Source: an uncultured Thermotogaceae bacterium (lineage in GTDB: Bacteria; Thermotogota; Thermotogae; MWEM01). From it: a DNA stretch of 64,000 nt. The first letter of the stretch is position 1. Every line of letters begins with the position of its first letter. The position numbers were made by a program, and so were the translations under genes. The notes under the pieces were generated by a model, which had not been told where the DNA came from, did not search any database, and saw nothing but the letters and a program-made list of their open reading frames with translations. The stretch is taken from NCBI GenBank assembly GCA_964462525.1, contig CAYWWY010000004.1, forward strand, positions 181,297-245,296. The letters run 5' to 3'. Below are positions 48,197-59,153 of the stretch, piece after piece.

Positions 48197-49863
48197 AGAT
48201 CATATGCGCCTCCCTTGGAGGATGCGTGCACACAGCAGGCCTCCTGCGCTTTACTCAGCTCGCTCAAGAACAAGGACATCGTTGCACCTATTTGGGTGGG
48301 GCGGTGCCTATCGACAAGTTGATCGGAAGCATCATTGAAATCGAGCCCGATATGGCGGCATTGAGTTATCGACTGAGCCCCAACGGGCTGCGTGGTATCC
48401 TTGACGAACTCTTTGTACAGCTTTCGATCCGCGAAACACCCCATATCGATTTCTGGTTTGGTGGAACGCCTGAGACGGTTGGTGTTGCTCGGACATATGA
48501 ACCATTCACTCGGTTTTTTGACGGCAGTGAAACGGAGAAAGAGGTGCTTCATGCCCTCACCGATACCGCTCCCGGAGATCATCAAGTTCACATCCCTCCC
48601 CAAACATTGGTCGAACGAATCAAGTGGAAGGCACCCTACCCACTGCTTCGCCACCATATTGGGTTGCCTACCCTGCGGCAAACCAGCCAGAGCATCCGAT
48701 CGCTCGCAAAATCGGGGGTCCTAGATATCATTTCTCTTGCGCCGGATCAAAACGCTCAGCAGTATTGGTTTCACCCCCACAAGATGGACCCAACCCAGGA
48801 TGGGGCGGGAGGTGCTCCATTTCGAGATCGTAAGGATTTTCGAACCATGTATATGGCCAGCCGTACCGGAAACTACCCTTTGCTCCGATGCTACTCCGGA
48901 ACGCAGGATATCATCCCCTTTTCTCAGATGTTGATCGAGACGATCCAGAATGCTTGGGCGGCGATCCCTTTGACCTGGTATTCCGAGATGGACCGCAGAT
49001 CCGAAAGGCCTTTGGCGCAAGCAATTTCCGAAAATCAGGAGGCCATTCGATACAATGCGGATAAGGGGTTGCCTGTAGAAATCAATGAGGCCCACCAATG
49101 GGGATTGCGGTTTGCCCATGATGCGATGGAGGTTGCTGTTTCTGCAATTGCCGTCCATAACGCGAAGGTCTTAGGGGTTAAAGAGCACATCATGCAATTC
49201 ATGCTTTGCACCCCCCCCGAAATCTCTCCCGCGATGGATCTTGCCAAAGCTCTTGCCAAGTGGGAGATGGCTATAGAGATTGCTCACACTACTAGTATCC
49301 GACCCATGCGAATTATCAAAATGATCCGAACCGGTCTTCTTTCCTTTCGTACGAATCCGTTTCGGTCGATTGGTCAGTTGACCGGTTCCATGATGATCGG
49401 TTCATTTTTGCGACCCGAAATTGTCCATGTGGTCGCCTATTGCGAGGCAATCCGAAGAGCCAGTTCTCGAGTGATCATTGAAAGCGCAACTATGGTTCAA
49501 CAAATAATGGAAGAATCAAACAAGGGCCTTCCCGATTGTACTGCTGATCAAAAAATCCGGGATCGGAAAGAACAGCTGAAAGATGAAGCAAGCCAAATCC
49601 TTGAAGCCATTCGCAATTTGGATCGAAGCAATCTGGATCCCCTATGTGATCCCGTAATCATGGAAAAAGCAATTCAGATTGGTATCCTGGACGCTCCCGG
49701 ATTAGGTACCTATGGCTGCGAAAAAAAAATCCGAACCCAAGTCGTCCATGGAAGAAATGAAGTGATCGATGATTTTGGTCAACCGATCACGGAAAGCAAT
49801 CGGTTGGCTATGGTTTTTTCCCATCAGAGGAAGAGTACGATGAAACCGACTGTCCAGCAATAG
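48193..49863 (+). CDS. Cobalamin-binding-domain protein with a ~430-aa C-terminal domain of unknown function
   Basis: The N-terminal 125 aa align to B12-binding Rossmann domains (KIICASLGGCVHTAG ... GAVP ... AALSYRLSP ... GGTP), but CxHxxG replaces DxHxxG. GTGA overlap with the upstream gene. Confidence 0.5.
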   Translation: MKIICASLGGCVHTAGLLRFTQLAQEQGHRCTYLGGAVPIDKLIGSIIEIEPDMAALSYRLSPNGLRGILDELFVQLSIRETPHIDFWFGGTPETVGVARTYEPFTRFFDGSETEKEVLHALTDTAPGDHQVHIPPQTLVERIKWKAPYPLLRHHIGLPTLRQTSQSIRSLAKSGVLDIISLAPDQNAQQYWFHPHKMDPTQDGAGGAPFRDRKDFRTMYMASRTGNYPLLRCYSGTQDIIPFSQMLIETIQNAWAAIPLTWYSEMDRRSERPLAQAISENQEAIRYNADKGLPVEINEAHQWGLRFAHDAMEVAVSAIAVHNAKVLGVKEHIMQFMLCTPPEISPAMDLAKALAKWEMAIEIAHTTSIRPMRIIKMIRTGLLSFRTNPFRSIGQLTGSMMIGSFLRPEIVHVVAYCEAIRRASSRVIIESATMVQQIMEESNKGLPDCTADQKIRDRKEQLKDEASQILEAIRNLDRSNLDPLCDPVIMEKAIQIGILDAPGLGTYGCEKKIRTQVVHGRNEVIDDFGQPITESNRLAMVFSHQRKSTMKPTVQQ

Positions 49864-50588
49864 ATAGAGAAAAAGAAGAGCTTCCGGATTTTGGCCAATT
49901 GATAGAGAAACCAAAGAGCCATCCATCCTGTTCCGATCGAAACCAAGAATCCCGCCATATTGGGTCCCGATACAGTGATTGAACCTGCTTCCAAAACAAA
50001 CCCACCCAAGATCGCGGGTATGGATAGCAAGAATGAGAACTGTAGGGCCGCTTCTCTCTTGAGCCCCAAAAGCAAAGCGCCAAAAAGAGTGATCCCGCTC
50101 CGAGAAATCCCAGGCAGGATTGCGGCCGCTTGAAAAAGACCAATCAGCACTCCGCTGCGGATGCCCACTTCAAAAAGGGGAATCCTTTCGCGCTGAAGCC
50201 GATCAGACAAAAAAAGGAGAACCCCCGTAATCCATAAGTTGGCCGCAATCACCCAGTTTACGCTTAAATACGAATCCAAAAACCCTTTAATCGCAAGACC
50301 AACGATTACCGCGGGCAGTGTGCCCGCGACTATGGCCGCGGTTAACCGAAGGGATCGAAGTTCTCGACTCCATAAGCCCTGGAAGATCGAGAATATCTCT
50401 TTGCGAAGAAAAAAAAGAACGGCAATGAGCGTGCCTACGTGGAGCAGGATGACTAAAGGCGTATCGATGTCAGCCCCAAAAAGATTCCGGTATAAAAAAA
50501 GATGCCCTGAACTCGATACAGGGAGGAACTCCGTAAACCCTTGAAGGGCTCCAGCGCCGATGGAGTGAATCCAATCAATCATGAACAA
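49824..50588 (-). CDS. uppP: Undecaprenyl-diphosphate phosphatase
   Basis: FLPVSSSGHL and PGISRSG BacA-family motifs. 254 aa polytopic membrane protein. Confidence 0.85.
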   Translation of the reverse strand: MFMIDWIHSIGAGALQGFTEFLPVSSSGHLFLYRNLFGADIDTPLVILLHVGTLIAVLFFLRKEIFSIFQGLWSRELRSLRLTAAIVAGTLPAVIVGLAIKGFLDSYLSVNWVIAANLWITGVLLFLSDRLQRERIPLFEVGIRSGVLIGLFQAAAILPGISRSGITLFGALLLGLKREAALQFSFLLSIPAILGGFVLEAGSITVSGPNMAGFLVSIGTGWMALWFLYQLAKIRKLFFFSIYCWTVGFIVLFL

Positions 50589-51431
50589 TTATACGGGCGA
50601 GGCGAGTTGCTGAATTACGCCCATAAGAAGAGCAGATATGGAAAGTCCTGTCTTCTGCGCGATTTCGATGACTTCTTCCGCGGTAAGCGGTTGAAGATCG
50701 TCCGGAACAGCGCGATCGGTAATCGCTGAAATCCCGAGCACCTTAATCCCAGAATGGGCGCAAACGATCACTTCGGGGATTGTGGACATGCCTACTGCAT
50801 CTGCCCCCATATGCCGGAGCATCCGGAGTTCGGCAGGAGTTTCAAAGTTTGGCCCGCTGACCCCAACATATACCCCTTCGTAAATTGGGATCGATAGACG
50901 ATGCGCGACTTCACGTGCAATATCGATTAGCTCGGGATCATATACCGAAGACATGTCCGGAAATCGGGGGCCCCACTCGTCGATATTGAAACCCACCAAA
51001 GGATTGTCACCCATCATGTTGATATGATCGGTAATCATCATCGGCATCCCGACTTCAAAATCAGGGTTAAGCCCTCCAGCAGCATTGGTGACCATCAGGT
51101 ATTGAATCCCCAACAATTGAAGAATGCGGATTGGAAAGGTAATTTCTTTCATGGAATATCCTTCGTAGAAATGATGCCTTCCGTTCATCAATACCACAGG
51201 AACACCCGCGAGTTTTCCAAATACGAACTCTCCTTTGTGGCCGGGAGCGGTTGACGTAGGATGGCCCGGAATTTCATTGTATGAGAACGTTTCTACCTCT
51301 TCCAGATCCTCTCGCATTCCCCCCAAACCCGATCCCAATACAATTCCGATTTTCGGTATCACCAGGGGTTTTTCCTTCAACCACAGCGCCGCTTCTTTGA
51401 CCCGTTGTTTGTATTGATCCATCTGATTCAC
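50589..51431 (-). CDS. Purine nucleoside phosphorylase (PNP-I / PunA-type, trimeric family)
   Basis: 280 aa with a PNP family-2 pattern (GSGLGG ... HEGYSM ... VGMSTIPE). Confidence 0.8.
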   Translation of the reverse strand: MNQMDQYKQRVKEAALWLKEKPLVIPKIGIVLGSGLGGMREDLEEVETFSYNEIPGHPTSTAPGHKGEFVFGKLAGVPVVLMNGRHHFYEGYSMKEITFPIRILQLLGIQYLMVTNAAGGLNPDFEVGMPMMITDHINMMGDNPLVGFNIDEWGPRFPDMSSVYDPELIDIAREVAHRLSIPIYEGVYVGVSGPNFETPAELRMLRHMGADAVGMSTIPEVIVCAHSGIKVLGISAITDRAVPDDLQPLTAEEVIEIAQKTGLSISALLMGVIQQLASPV

Positions 51432-51521
51432 CTGCTTTCTCAGGACTCGAGATTATCCCAACTATCTACCAACACACCATGCCAATAGGCATGGTGTGTT
51501 GTAACGAATAATGTAACTCGT

Positions 51522-53201
51522 TTAGATTACGGGAGGAATGTCCTCTCGTTCAACATTGGACCAATTTCCATGTATCTTCATTTGATTTGTTTCGATCACC
51601 GTGCGAACGCGAACAAATATCGGATCCCCATGACCCATAAATCTTTCGGGAATTTGGATCTGGGGGGTTCTCACATAAACCACTTGGGTATATGTATTGC
51701 CCGAAGGGAAGGAAGGATATTTGGAGCACTGGACTTCATAGGAAAGGGTTTTGTGTATGATCCCGGCGAATGGATCGTTGTATTCGAAATCCAGGTCGCA
51801 AACCCATCGTTTGCTGACACCATCAAAAAATAAGTATTCCCAGTCTTTAATAAAAGGGGCACCAATATCCGGTTGAAACAGGAAAGAATGGAGTTCTCCG
51901 GTTCGCGTATGCTGTCCATCAGAAGAATCCACCCGGATCCAATACGTTTTTCCGGAAACGAGTTTTTTGTTGAGCGTGTACTGCTTGATCCGATCTGATT
52001 GGCCGTTCGGTAACATCTGAAGTTTGGATTCTCCCAAATAGATCCAGTAGGTGACATCGTCAAAGTCGGGGTCATCTCCGCCAGTCCATCGTATCACAAA
52101 GTTCGTTGGATCGGCCACTGCTGTCACGCGAATCCCCGGAGAGAAAATGATCGCTTTTGTCGGAGCGCGATTGGTCACATCGATCTCTGTTTCCAACCGG
52201 GTGGCCGCATCTCCTCCGTCAACAGCGCGAATTGTGTACATCGTGGGCCCTCTTACTGCGCCAAAATCCCAAAGATACACATAACTGCCCACCGGGTTGT
52301 CGGCTTCTACAAAGACTCGGTCGATCAAACGACCGCCGCGATGCAGTTCAAACCATCGGGTATCGTCATCATCCACACGAACCGGAATCCGGAAGCCTTC
52401 TCGCCGTTGCGTCAAGTGCTCTTCCCACGAAGGGGTACCGAGGACAGGAATGGACGGTTGGGTAAGACGGACTCGGAAGCGGTCCAGTTCGATGACATAT
52501 AGATTATCAAACTTATCTTTGACTTCCAAAGACAAAACATACAATGCATTGGTAGGAGTCCGTTCTTGAATCGTCCAGTGAATGGTATGCTTATCCTCAT
52601 ATTTGCCTTCTCCCAATATCTGGGTGCCTACTAGGTCGGTTCTTGAGAGCTTCCACTTAACCATATAGTCTTTGAGATCGGCTTCGGAAATTCCGGGATC
52701 ATCAATCTGCACTTTCAATTCCACCTGTTGGTTTCGTCGCAGATTGTTTCGGTTTTCAACGAGAACCCCGTTCACATAAGTTGAAAAGGTAGTGAGGGGA
52801 GTATGTTTTTGGATTGTGAGGCTTAAGGCGCTGCTTTTTGCGCTTTGCGCATCATACATTGCCTCTACCGATACTTGGAAGCTTCCGGGTTTGGAAAACG
52901 TATGGGTAAGGGTTTTGTCTTTGGTTGTAACTTGCTCCGCTGCTCCTCCCACCAATTGGATCGTCCATCGATATTCTTTTATGGTCGGTTCAGCAGCAAA
53001 TACATCGCCTACGCCTCCCGAACCGGTCATCGTCACTTTGGCGGTAAACACTACCGTTTCGCCGATATATCGAGTCTTTGTCTCAAGCGGCTCGATCGAA
53101 ACATTAACCACTTTTTGAAGATTGAAACAACCTGTTGCCATAATCATGATCGCGGTAAGCACAATTAGGGATACGATCGTTTTTTTCATCACCATTACCA
53201 C
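51522..53201 (-). CDS. Predicted surface lipoprotein with Ig-like / PKD-like beta domains
   Basis: Signal peptide with an ATGC lipobox, and a repetitive beta-rich sequence. Confidence 0.5.
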   Translation of the reverse strand: MVMVMKKTIVSLIVLTAIMIMATGCFNLQKVVNVSIEPLETKTRYIGETVVFTAKVTMTGSGGVGDVFAAEPTIKEYRWTIQLVGGAAEQVTTKDKTLTHTFSKPGSFQVSVEAMYDAQSAKSSALSLTIQKHTPLTTFSTYVNGVLVENRNNLRRNQQVELKVQIDDPGISEADLKDYMVKWKLSRTDLVGTQILGEGKYEDKHTIHWTIQERTPTNALYVLSLEVKDKFDNLYVIELDRFRVRLTQPSIPVLGTPSWEEHLTQRREGFRIPVRVDDDDTRWFELHRGGRLIDRVFVEADNPVGSYVYLWDFGAVRGPTMYTIRAVDGGDAATRLETEIDVTNRAPTKAIIFSPGIRVTAVADPTNFVIRWTGGDDPDFDDVTYWIYLGESKLQMLPNGQSDRIKQYTLNKKLVSGKTYWIRVDSSDGQHTRTGELHSFLFQPDIGAPFIKDWEYLFFDGVSKRWVCDLDFEYNDPFAGIIHKTLSYEVQCSKYPSFPSGNTYTQVVYVRTPQIQIPERFMGHGDPIFVRVRTVIETNQMKIHGNWSNVEREDIPPVI

Positions 53202-53647
53202 TCCCCTACCTTTATTCTAAAAGATGCTTCAATAACAGGAAACGTGCTGATCCCCCCGTCCCAAGTGACGTAGGTCTTTCCGCCCAAGGAAAAGGTATAT
53301 CCTTCATTCACATACTGTAGTCCCACGCCTACAAAAAAACCATTCGTTTCAAAAAAGGGGCCATCAAAAAACTCATTGCCCCACGCAAACCCAACACCCA
53401 CTGTCGGTGTAATCATCCAAGGCATTCGCAGCGTAAGATCAACGACCGACAAAAACCCGAATCCCCGGACAATGAGGAAATCCATGGATACCTGAGCATA
53501 ATCAAAAACAAGACCCACATTATATCCTCCTGTGATTTCCTCGCGGATATTTTGCATTTTAATCCCTAACTCGAACCGCGACTGTGCAACCCCTACGCAC
53601 GATAGCAAAACCATGGCTACGGCCAAACACAACAGAAGCCTTTTCAT
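53195..53647 (-). CDS. Small outer-membrane beta-barrel protein
   Basis: Signal peptide, alternating amphipathic strands and a C-terminal aromatic residue (…IKVGEW). 150 aa. Confidence 0.55.
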   Translation of the reverse strand: MKRLLLCLAVAMVLLSCVGVAQSRFELGIKMQNIREEITGGYNVGLVFDYAQVSMDFLIVRGFGFLSVVDLTLRMPWMITPTVGVGFAWGNEFFDGPFFETNGFFVGVGLQYVNEGYTFSLGGKTYVTWDGGISTFPVIEASFRIKVGEW

Positions 53648-53666
53648 GAAACCCCCCTCTCTTCAA

Positions 53667-55670
53667 TCATTCTGTTGATGGTTGCGGAATCCTATCCAAT
53701 CTTTTCTCTGATTGCTTCGAATCCGTTTTTTCTTCCTTTGCCTTCGGCTCATTATGTTTCCGAATCTCAACCTCGAGTAAATCTCTAAGCATATCTCCTT
53801 CGATGACTTCCTTCTCCAGAAGAATATCAGCCAGATGATCGAATGCCGCGCGGTACTGTCGAACAAGATTAGCGGCCGTTTGGTAGGCATCTTCAATAAT
53901 CATTCGAATTTCTTGATCGATCTTGGCCGATGTTCCTTCGCTGATCTTGGCTTTGGAAAACTCTTTGCCCAAAAAGACCTCTTGCTCATCTTTACCCCAA
54001 GCGACAGGGCCAAGATCTTTGCTCATGCCCAGCTCGCAGATCATGAAGCGAGCCATTTGAGTAGCTCGATGGATGTCATCTTGCGCGCCGCTTGTGATCT
54101 CGTTGAATACTACCTCTTCCGCGGCTCTTCCCCCAAGCAAAACCGTAATTTTGTCCATCAGTTCGCTTTTGGAGTATAGATACTTCTCTTCTTTGGGCAG
54201 GGGTAGCGTATAAGCCAGCGCCTTATGCCCACGAGGAATAATGGACACTCGATGAATTGGATCGGCATGTTTCAGAAGCGTTCCCATTACCGCATGACCC
54301 AGTTCATGATAAGCGATGACGCGTTTTTCCTTCTGCCCCAGGATCCGGCTTCTTCGTTCTGGGCCTGCGACTACTCGGTCGATCGCTTCTTCCAGTTCGG
54401 TCATGGTGATGGTTTCTTTATTGGCTCGAACTGCCAGAAGGGAGGCTTCGTTCACCAAGTTTTCTAGATCGGCCCCGACAAATCCCGGTGTTCTTCGCGC
54501 AAGGACTGTCATATCAACTTCGGGGTTTACCGGTCTCTTTTTTGCGTATATTTGTAGGATCGCTTCCCGACCCCGTACATCAGGAGGATCCACCATGACC
54601 TTCCGATCGAACCGACCCGGACGAAGCAAAGCGGGATCCAAGATATCTGGCCGGTTTGTGGCTGCCATTACAATGATCCCTTCGTTCACTTCAAAACCGT
54701 CCATCTCCACAAGGATTTGATTTAACGTTTGCTCTCTCTCGTCATGACCTCCACCCAAACCCGCTCCTCTATGTCTGCCGACTGCATCGATTTCATCGAC
54801 AAAAAGCAAAGAGGGAGATGCTGCTTTTGCTTGGTTGAAAAGATCCCGAACACGGGCCGCGCCTACACCAACAAATAACTCGACAAAATCAGACCCACTC
54901 ATATGAAAGAAGGGAACATTGGCTTCTCCGGCCACAGCTCGCGCAAGGAGGGTCTTTCCTGTTCCCGGAGGTCCCACCAGAAGAACGCCTTTTGGCATAC
55001 GCGCGCCCAGTTTGCTGAACTTGGCCGGCTCTTTGAGAAACAGAACCATCTCCTGCAAATCTTCAACGGCTTCATCAACCCCCGCCACATCTTTGAAGGT
55101 AATTCGATGCTTACCTGCTGCCATCATTCGTGCGGGGCTTTTTGTGAACGTGAAGGCTTGATTGTTCCTACCCGCCATGGAACGCATCATGGCAAAAAAG
55201 ATGAAGAGAATAAAAAGCAACGGCAACACGTTCAAAATGATCACCCAGAACATATTTCCGGTATCCTGTTTTCCGGTAATGACCACATCCCGTTCTAGCA
55301 ATTCATCGATTAAGGCTTCTTGATTCATCGCCCAGGGAGCGTACACCTCAAAGGCTCTACCCTGAAATCTTGGGTCTTTTCTCTCAAAAATGATGGTCCC
55401 TGAATCTTCGAAAGTCACTTTCTTTATTTCATCATGTTGAACCATTTTCATAAAATCTGTAAAATCAACTGTTTGTGTTGTTTGTACTCCCGGTCGATAC
55501 ACTGTTGCGATCAGGATGACTGCAAGCACGATGACGATCAGGAAATACAATTGGCTCCTCGGCCTTGGAGGCTTAGACCCCAGCTGATTTCTTGGGTCCC
55601 TTCGATACCGATTGGGATCGTTTGAGTTTTGATTGGCGAATAGATACCAGAAATCACGTAAAGTTTTCAA
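53667..55670 (-). CDS. ftsH: ATP-dependent zinc metalloprotease FtsH
   Basis: AAA Walker A (GPPGTGKT), SRH and the HEXGH zinc motif (HELGHA). Confidence 0.95.
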   Translation of the reverse strand: MKTLRDFWYLFANQNSNDPNRYRRDPRNQLGSKPPRPRSQLYFLIVIVLAVILIATVYRPGVQTTQTVDFTDFMKMVQHDEIKKVTFEDSGTIIFERKDPRFQGRAFEVYAPWAMNQEALIDELLERDVVITGKQDTGNMFWVIILNVLPLLFILFIFFAMMRSMAGRNNQAFTFTKSPARMMAAGKHRITFKDVAGVDEAVEDLQEMVLFLKEPAKFSKLGARMPKGVLLVGPPGTGKTLLARAVAGEANVPFFHMSGSDFVELFVGVGAARVRDLFNQAKAASPSLLFVDEIDAVGRHRGAGLGGGHDEREQTLNQILVEMDGFEVNEGIIVMAATNRPDILDPALLRPGRFDRKVMVDPPDVRGREAILQIYAKKRPVNPEVDMTVLARRTPGFVGADLENLVNEASLLAVRANKETITMTELEEAIDRVVAGPERRSRILGQKEKRVIAYHELGHAVMGTLLKHADPIHRVSIIPRGHKALAYTLPLPKEEKYLYSKSELMDKITVLLGGRAAEEVVFNEITSGAQDDIHRATQMARFMICELGMSKDLGPVAWGKDEQEVFLGKEFSKAKISEGTSAKIDQEIRMIIEDAYQTAANLVRQYRAAFDHLADILLEKEVIEGDMLRDLLEVEIRKHNEPKAKEEKTDSKQSEKRLDRIPQPSTE

Positions 55671-55702
55671 TTAAATGCGGTGAAACCGCTCCCTCCCTTC
55701 CT

Positions 55703-57151
55703 TTAGCGAAAAGGCAAAATAGATGATGGGCATAGACGAATGGAAAGTACCTTTTTCGTTTGCGAATCGAGGGGGTACTTTCCTGAGCGTTTGATTCCCA
55801 CACACCAAATTATATCATTTTTTCCATCAATTAGGACCATGGTTTTTTTTCTTTTGCTTCGAGGAACCCGATATTCCTGGAATAATTTCGAAAGTTTCTT
55901 TCTTCCTCCAAACCCAAGAAGACTCATTCTGTCTCCTGGAGCCCAATAACGAAGAGTTAGAGGAAAGGGAATGTCATCATAATCCATAAGAATCTCAGTG
56001 TCCTCTTTGGGAAACAAAACCGGTAGCCCGAGAAATGGATACGGATCAAAAAAAAGAAGCGGGACGTCGCCAGGTACGCTGATTCGGATTGGTTCATGGA
56101 CTTGATCAACAATCAAGGGAAGCGGAAACCCGGAAAACCTAGGTTTTTCTCGCACTTCAAGTCGGATTGAATCGTAATCCCTGTGAAAGGATGCGTCCGC
56201 ATCGATCGTGATGGAAAAGTTTCCTGGGTCTTGCAATCGCCTGATAATTTGCTGGCACTTTTCCCCTGTCATTCCTATGGCGCTTCCCCTCCAACGATAA
56301 TACCCCCGAATGATCACCTCTCGTTGTATGGATTCTTCAAGGATCCCGATCTGTTTTGGGAAAAGCGCCCTTTTTTCGTTTATATCCATTTGTTGGATTA
56401 GCGGCTCAAGCATAGTCTCCAAGGCCAGATTACCTGATGAGAAGTTCTCCAAGCTTCGAAGAAGGTTCTTTCGGACAGACTGGCCGAACGACTCTTCGAG
56501 AAAAGGAATCAACTCATTCCGAATCCGATTCCTCTGAAACCGCTGGTCTTGGTTGGAAGGATCTTCTCGAAATTCGATTTGGTTTTCCTTTGCATATCGA
56601 CGAATTTCTTCCTTCGAGAAATGCAATAGCGGCCGGGCGAACGGGGGAGAAAAAGGTTTGATCGACTGAATCCCGTTCAGACCAGTCCCTCGAAGGCAGC
56701 GCATAAGAAAGGTTTCAAGAAGGTCATCTTGATGATGGGCCGTCATGATACAGCTGCTTTTTGATTCCTTCATTGTATCTTCAAGAAAAGCCATCCGTCT
56801 TTTTCGAAAGACTGCTTCCAAGCTTTGACCGGAAAAAAGCCCCGTTTTGTGTTTGTATCCCAATTCCTCTCTGCGGGTGAAAGAAGAAATCCCCATGGAT
56901 TGACATACAGACGCTACAAACGAGGCGTCGGATGAAGATTCGTTGCGATACCCATGATCGAAATGGGCAACGGCCATTTGATGGTTCTTTTCTTTCCAAA
57001 CTGAATTGAAGGCATGTAGCATAACCATGGAATCCATGCCGCCAGATACAGCCAAAAGCCAACGACAGCTGGAAAGACCATATTCATCAACAAAAAGAGA
57101 AAGGTCCTCGAAAACCCTTTCTGTGATCGTTTTTTTTGTTCCTTTCATGAT
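55703..57151 (-). CDS. tilS: tRNA(Ile)-lysidine synthetase
   Basis: PP-loop SGGMDS motif. The start is inferred at MKGTKK. The longer track ORF (to 57214) runs into the tRNA gene and is spurious there. Confidence 0.85.
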   Translation of the reverse strand: MMKGTKKTITERVFEDLSLFVDEYGLSSCRWLLAVSGGMDSMVMLHAFNSVWKEKNHQMAVAHFDHGYRNESSSDASFVASVCQSMGISSFTRREELGYKHKTGLFSGQSLEAVFRKRRMAFLEDTMKESKSSCIMTAHHQDDLLETFLMRCLRGTGLNGIQSIKPFSPPFARPLLHFSKEEIRRYAKENQIEFREDPSNQDQRFQRNRIRNELIPFLEESFGQSVRKNLLRSLENFSSGNLALETMLEPLIQQMDINEKRALFPKQIGILEESIQREVIIRGYYRWRGSAIGMTGEKCQQIIRRLQDPGNFSITIDADASFHRDYDSIRLEVREKPRFSGFPLPLIVDQVHEPIRISVPGDVPLLFFDPYPFLGLPVLFPKEDTEILMDYDDIPFPLTLRYWAPGDRMSLLGFGGRKKLSKLFQEYRVPRSKRKKTMVLIDGKNDIIWCVGIKRSGKYPLDSQTKKVLSIRLCPSSILPFR

Positions 57152-57175
57152 ACCCCTTTTTGCCGTATAAAGGAA

Positions 57176-57565
<390 letters not shown>

Positions 57566-57586
57566 TGGGAACACGGGAAGAAAAAG

Positions 57587-57614
57587 GCGGCTCAAATGAG
57601 CCGCTTTTTCGTTT
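57587..57614 (+). terminator. Rho-independent terminator after the ferredoxin gene
   Basis: GCGGCTCA-AAT-GAGCCGC hairpin followed by TTTTTCGTTT. Confidence 0.75.
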
Positions 57615-57658
57615 ATGAAGCGTCAAAAGAATCCAAAAGATAAGAAGGAGCGAATCAA

Positions 57659-59086
57659 ATGCCGAATGACCAAAATCCATGGAAAGACCTTTCTGAACGA
57701 CTGACCTTTCAAACCAAAGAAGTATGGAAACATCGAGATCATCAAAAGATCCACAATTTCGGAGGAGATTACAAAGAATTCTTGGGTAGTGGAGTTACAG
57801 AGCGTTTGTGTGTCGAACACCTTCTCGCAAAAGCGAAAGCAAATGGATATGTTTCCTTTGAAGAGTGGCAAAAGAACCCTCCCTCTCTAATCGCGAACCA
57901 AAAGTTCTGGATCGAAAATCGAGGAAAAGGCGCTGCTTTCTTTCGTCTGGGAAGCTCGTTGGATGAAGGGATCAATTTCATTGCTTCACACATCGATTCT
58001 CCGCGGTTGGACATCAAACCAGGAGCCTTTTATGAAGATACGCAATTTGCGTTAGCCAAAACCCATTATTATGGCGGGGTAAAGAAATACCAGTGGTTTA
58101 ATCTCCCATTGGCTTTGGTTGGCGTTGTTGTTCAGAATACTGGGAATAAGATCAATGTAAGAATTGGTATGGATCCTGACGATCCGGTTTTGATGATTTC
58201 CGACCTGCTTCCCCATTTGGATCGCAGAGAAGGCGATGTTTCCAAAGTCTTCCAGGCAGAAACTCTTAATATTCTCATGGGAACCATATCGATCACAGAC
58301 GAGGAAGGCGTAAAAGACCCTGTTTTGCTTAACATCCTCAACCTGCTTTACGAAAAATACGGTCTTGTGCAAGAGGATTTTGTCAGCGCAGAATTACAGG
58401 CTGTACCTGCTTACCCCCCAAGGGATTTGGGATTGGACCGGAGTATGATAGGTGGATACGGGCATGATGATCGCGCATGCGCATATACATCGTTTCGGGC
58501 TCTACTTGATGCGCAACCGGCCCAAAGGACTTCATGCGCGCTGTTTTTGGATAAGGAAGAGATTGGAAGCGCAGGAAACACAGGCGCTCAACACCATTTT
58601 TGGAAACCGGCCCTTCGCAACATATTGTCGCTTTCTTCCAGCGAACGGGATGTGGATGAAATTCTTCAACGATCGACGTTGCTTTCCGCAGACGGTTGCG
58701 ACCCTTTGAATCCTTCGTTCAAAGACATTCACGATCCAAGAAACGCACCCAAAATGGGGCATGGAATCTGTATCGTCAAGTATACCGGAGCGCGGGGCAA
58801 ATCAGGATCGAATGACGCGCACGCAGAAGTTATGGGCGCCATACGCAAGCTCTTCCATCAGCAAAAGATCCATTGGCAGCACGGGCTTTTAGGGAAAGTG
58901 GATTTGGGCGGTGGAGGAACCGTTGCCCAGTTCTATGCGAATCAGGGAATCTCGGTTGTGGATGTTGGGCTTCCCGTAATGGCAATGCATGCGCCCTATG
59001 AAATCATCAGCAAAGCAGATCTGTATGAAACGTATCTGGGATATAAAGCGTTCTTCGAACATTATCAAGACAATCCGGCTTGTTAA
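57659..59086 (+). CDS. M18-family aminopeptidase
   Basis: HIDSPRLDIKP motif and ~475 aa length, typical of M18 aspartyl/ApeA-type aminopeptidases. Confidence 0.8.
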   Translation: MPNDQNPWKDLSERLTFQTKEVWKHRDHQKIHNFGGDYKEFLGSGVTERLCVEHLLAKAKANGYVSFEEWQKNPPSLIANQKFWIENRGKGAAFFRLGSSLDEGINFIASHIDSPRLDIKPGAFYEDTQFALAKTHYYGGVKKYQWFNLPLALVGVVVQNTGNKINVRIGMDPDDPVLMISDLLPHLDRREGDVSKVFQAETLNILMGTISITDEEGVKDPVLLNILNLLYEKYGLVQEDFVSAELQAVPAYPPRDLGLDRSMIGGYGHDDRACAYTSFRALLDAQPAQRTSCALFLDKEEIGSAGNTGAQHHFWKPALRNILSLSSSERDVDEILQRSTLLSADGCDPLNPSFKDIHDPRNAPKMGHGICIVKYTGARGKSGSNDAHAEVMGAIRKLFHQQKIHWQHGLLGKVDLGGGGTVAQFYANQGISVVDVGLPVMAMHAPYEIISKADLYETYLGYKAFFEHYQDNPAC

Positions 59087-59153
59087 CATAGACAACCACA
59101 GGGGTAGGAATCGCCACACGGTATCCTGCCCTGTTGATAAGGAATGATTGGGG

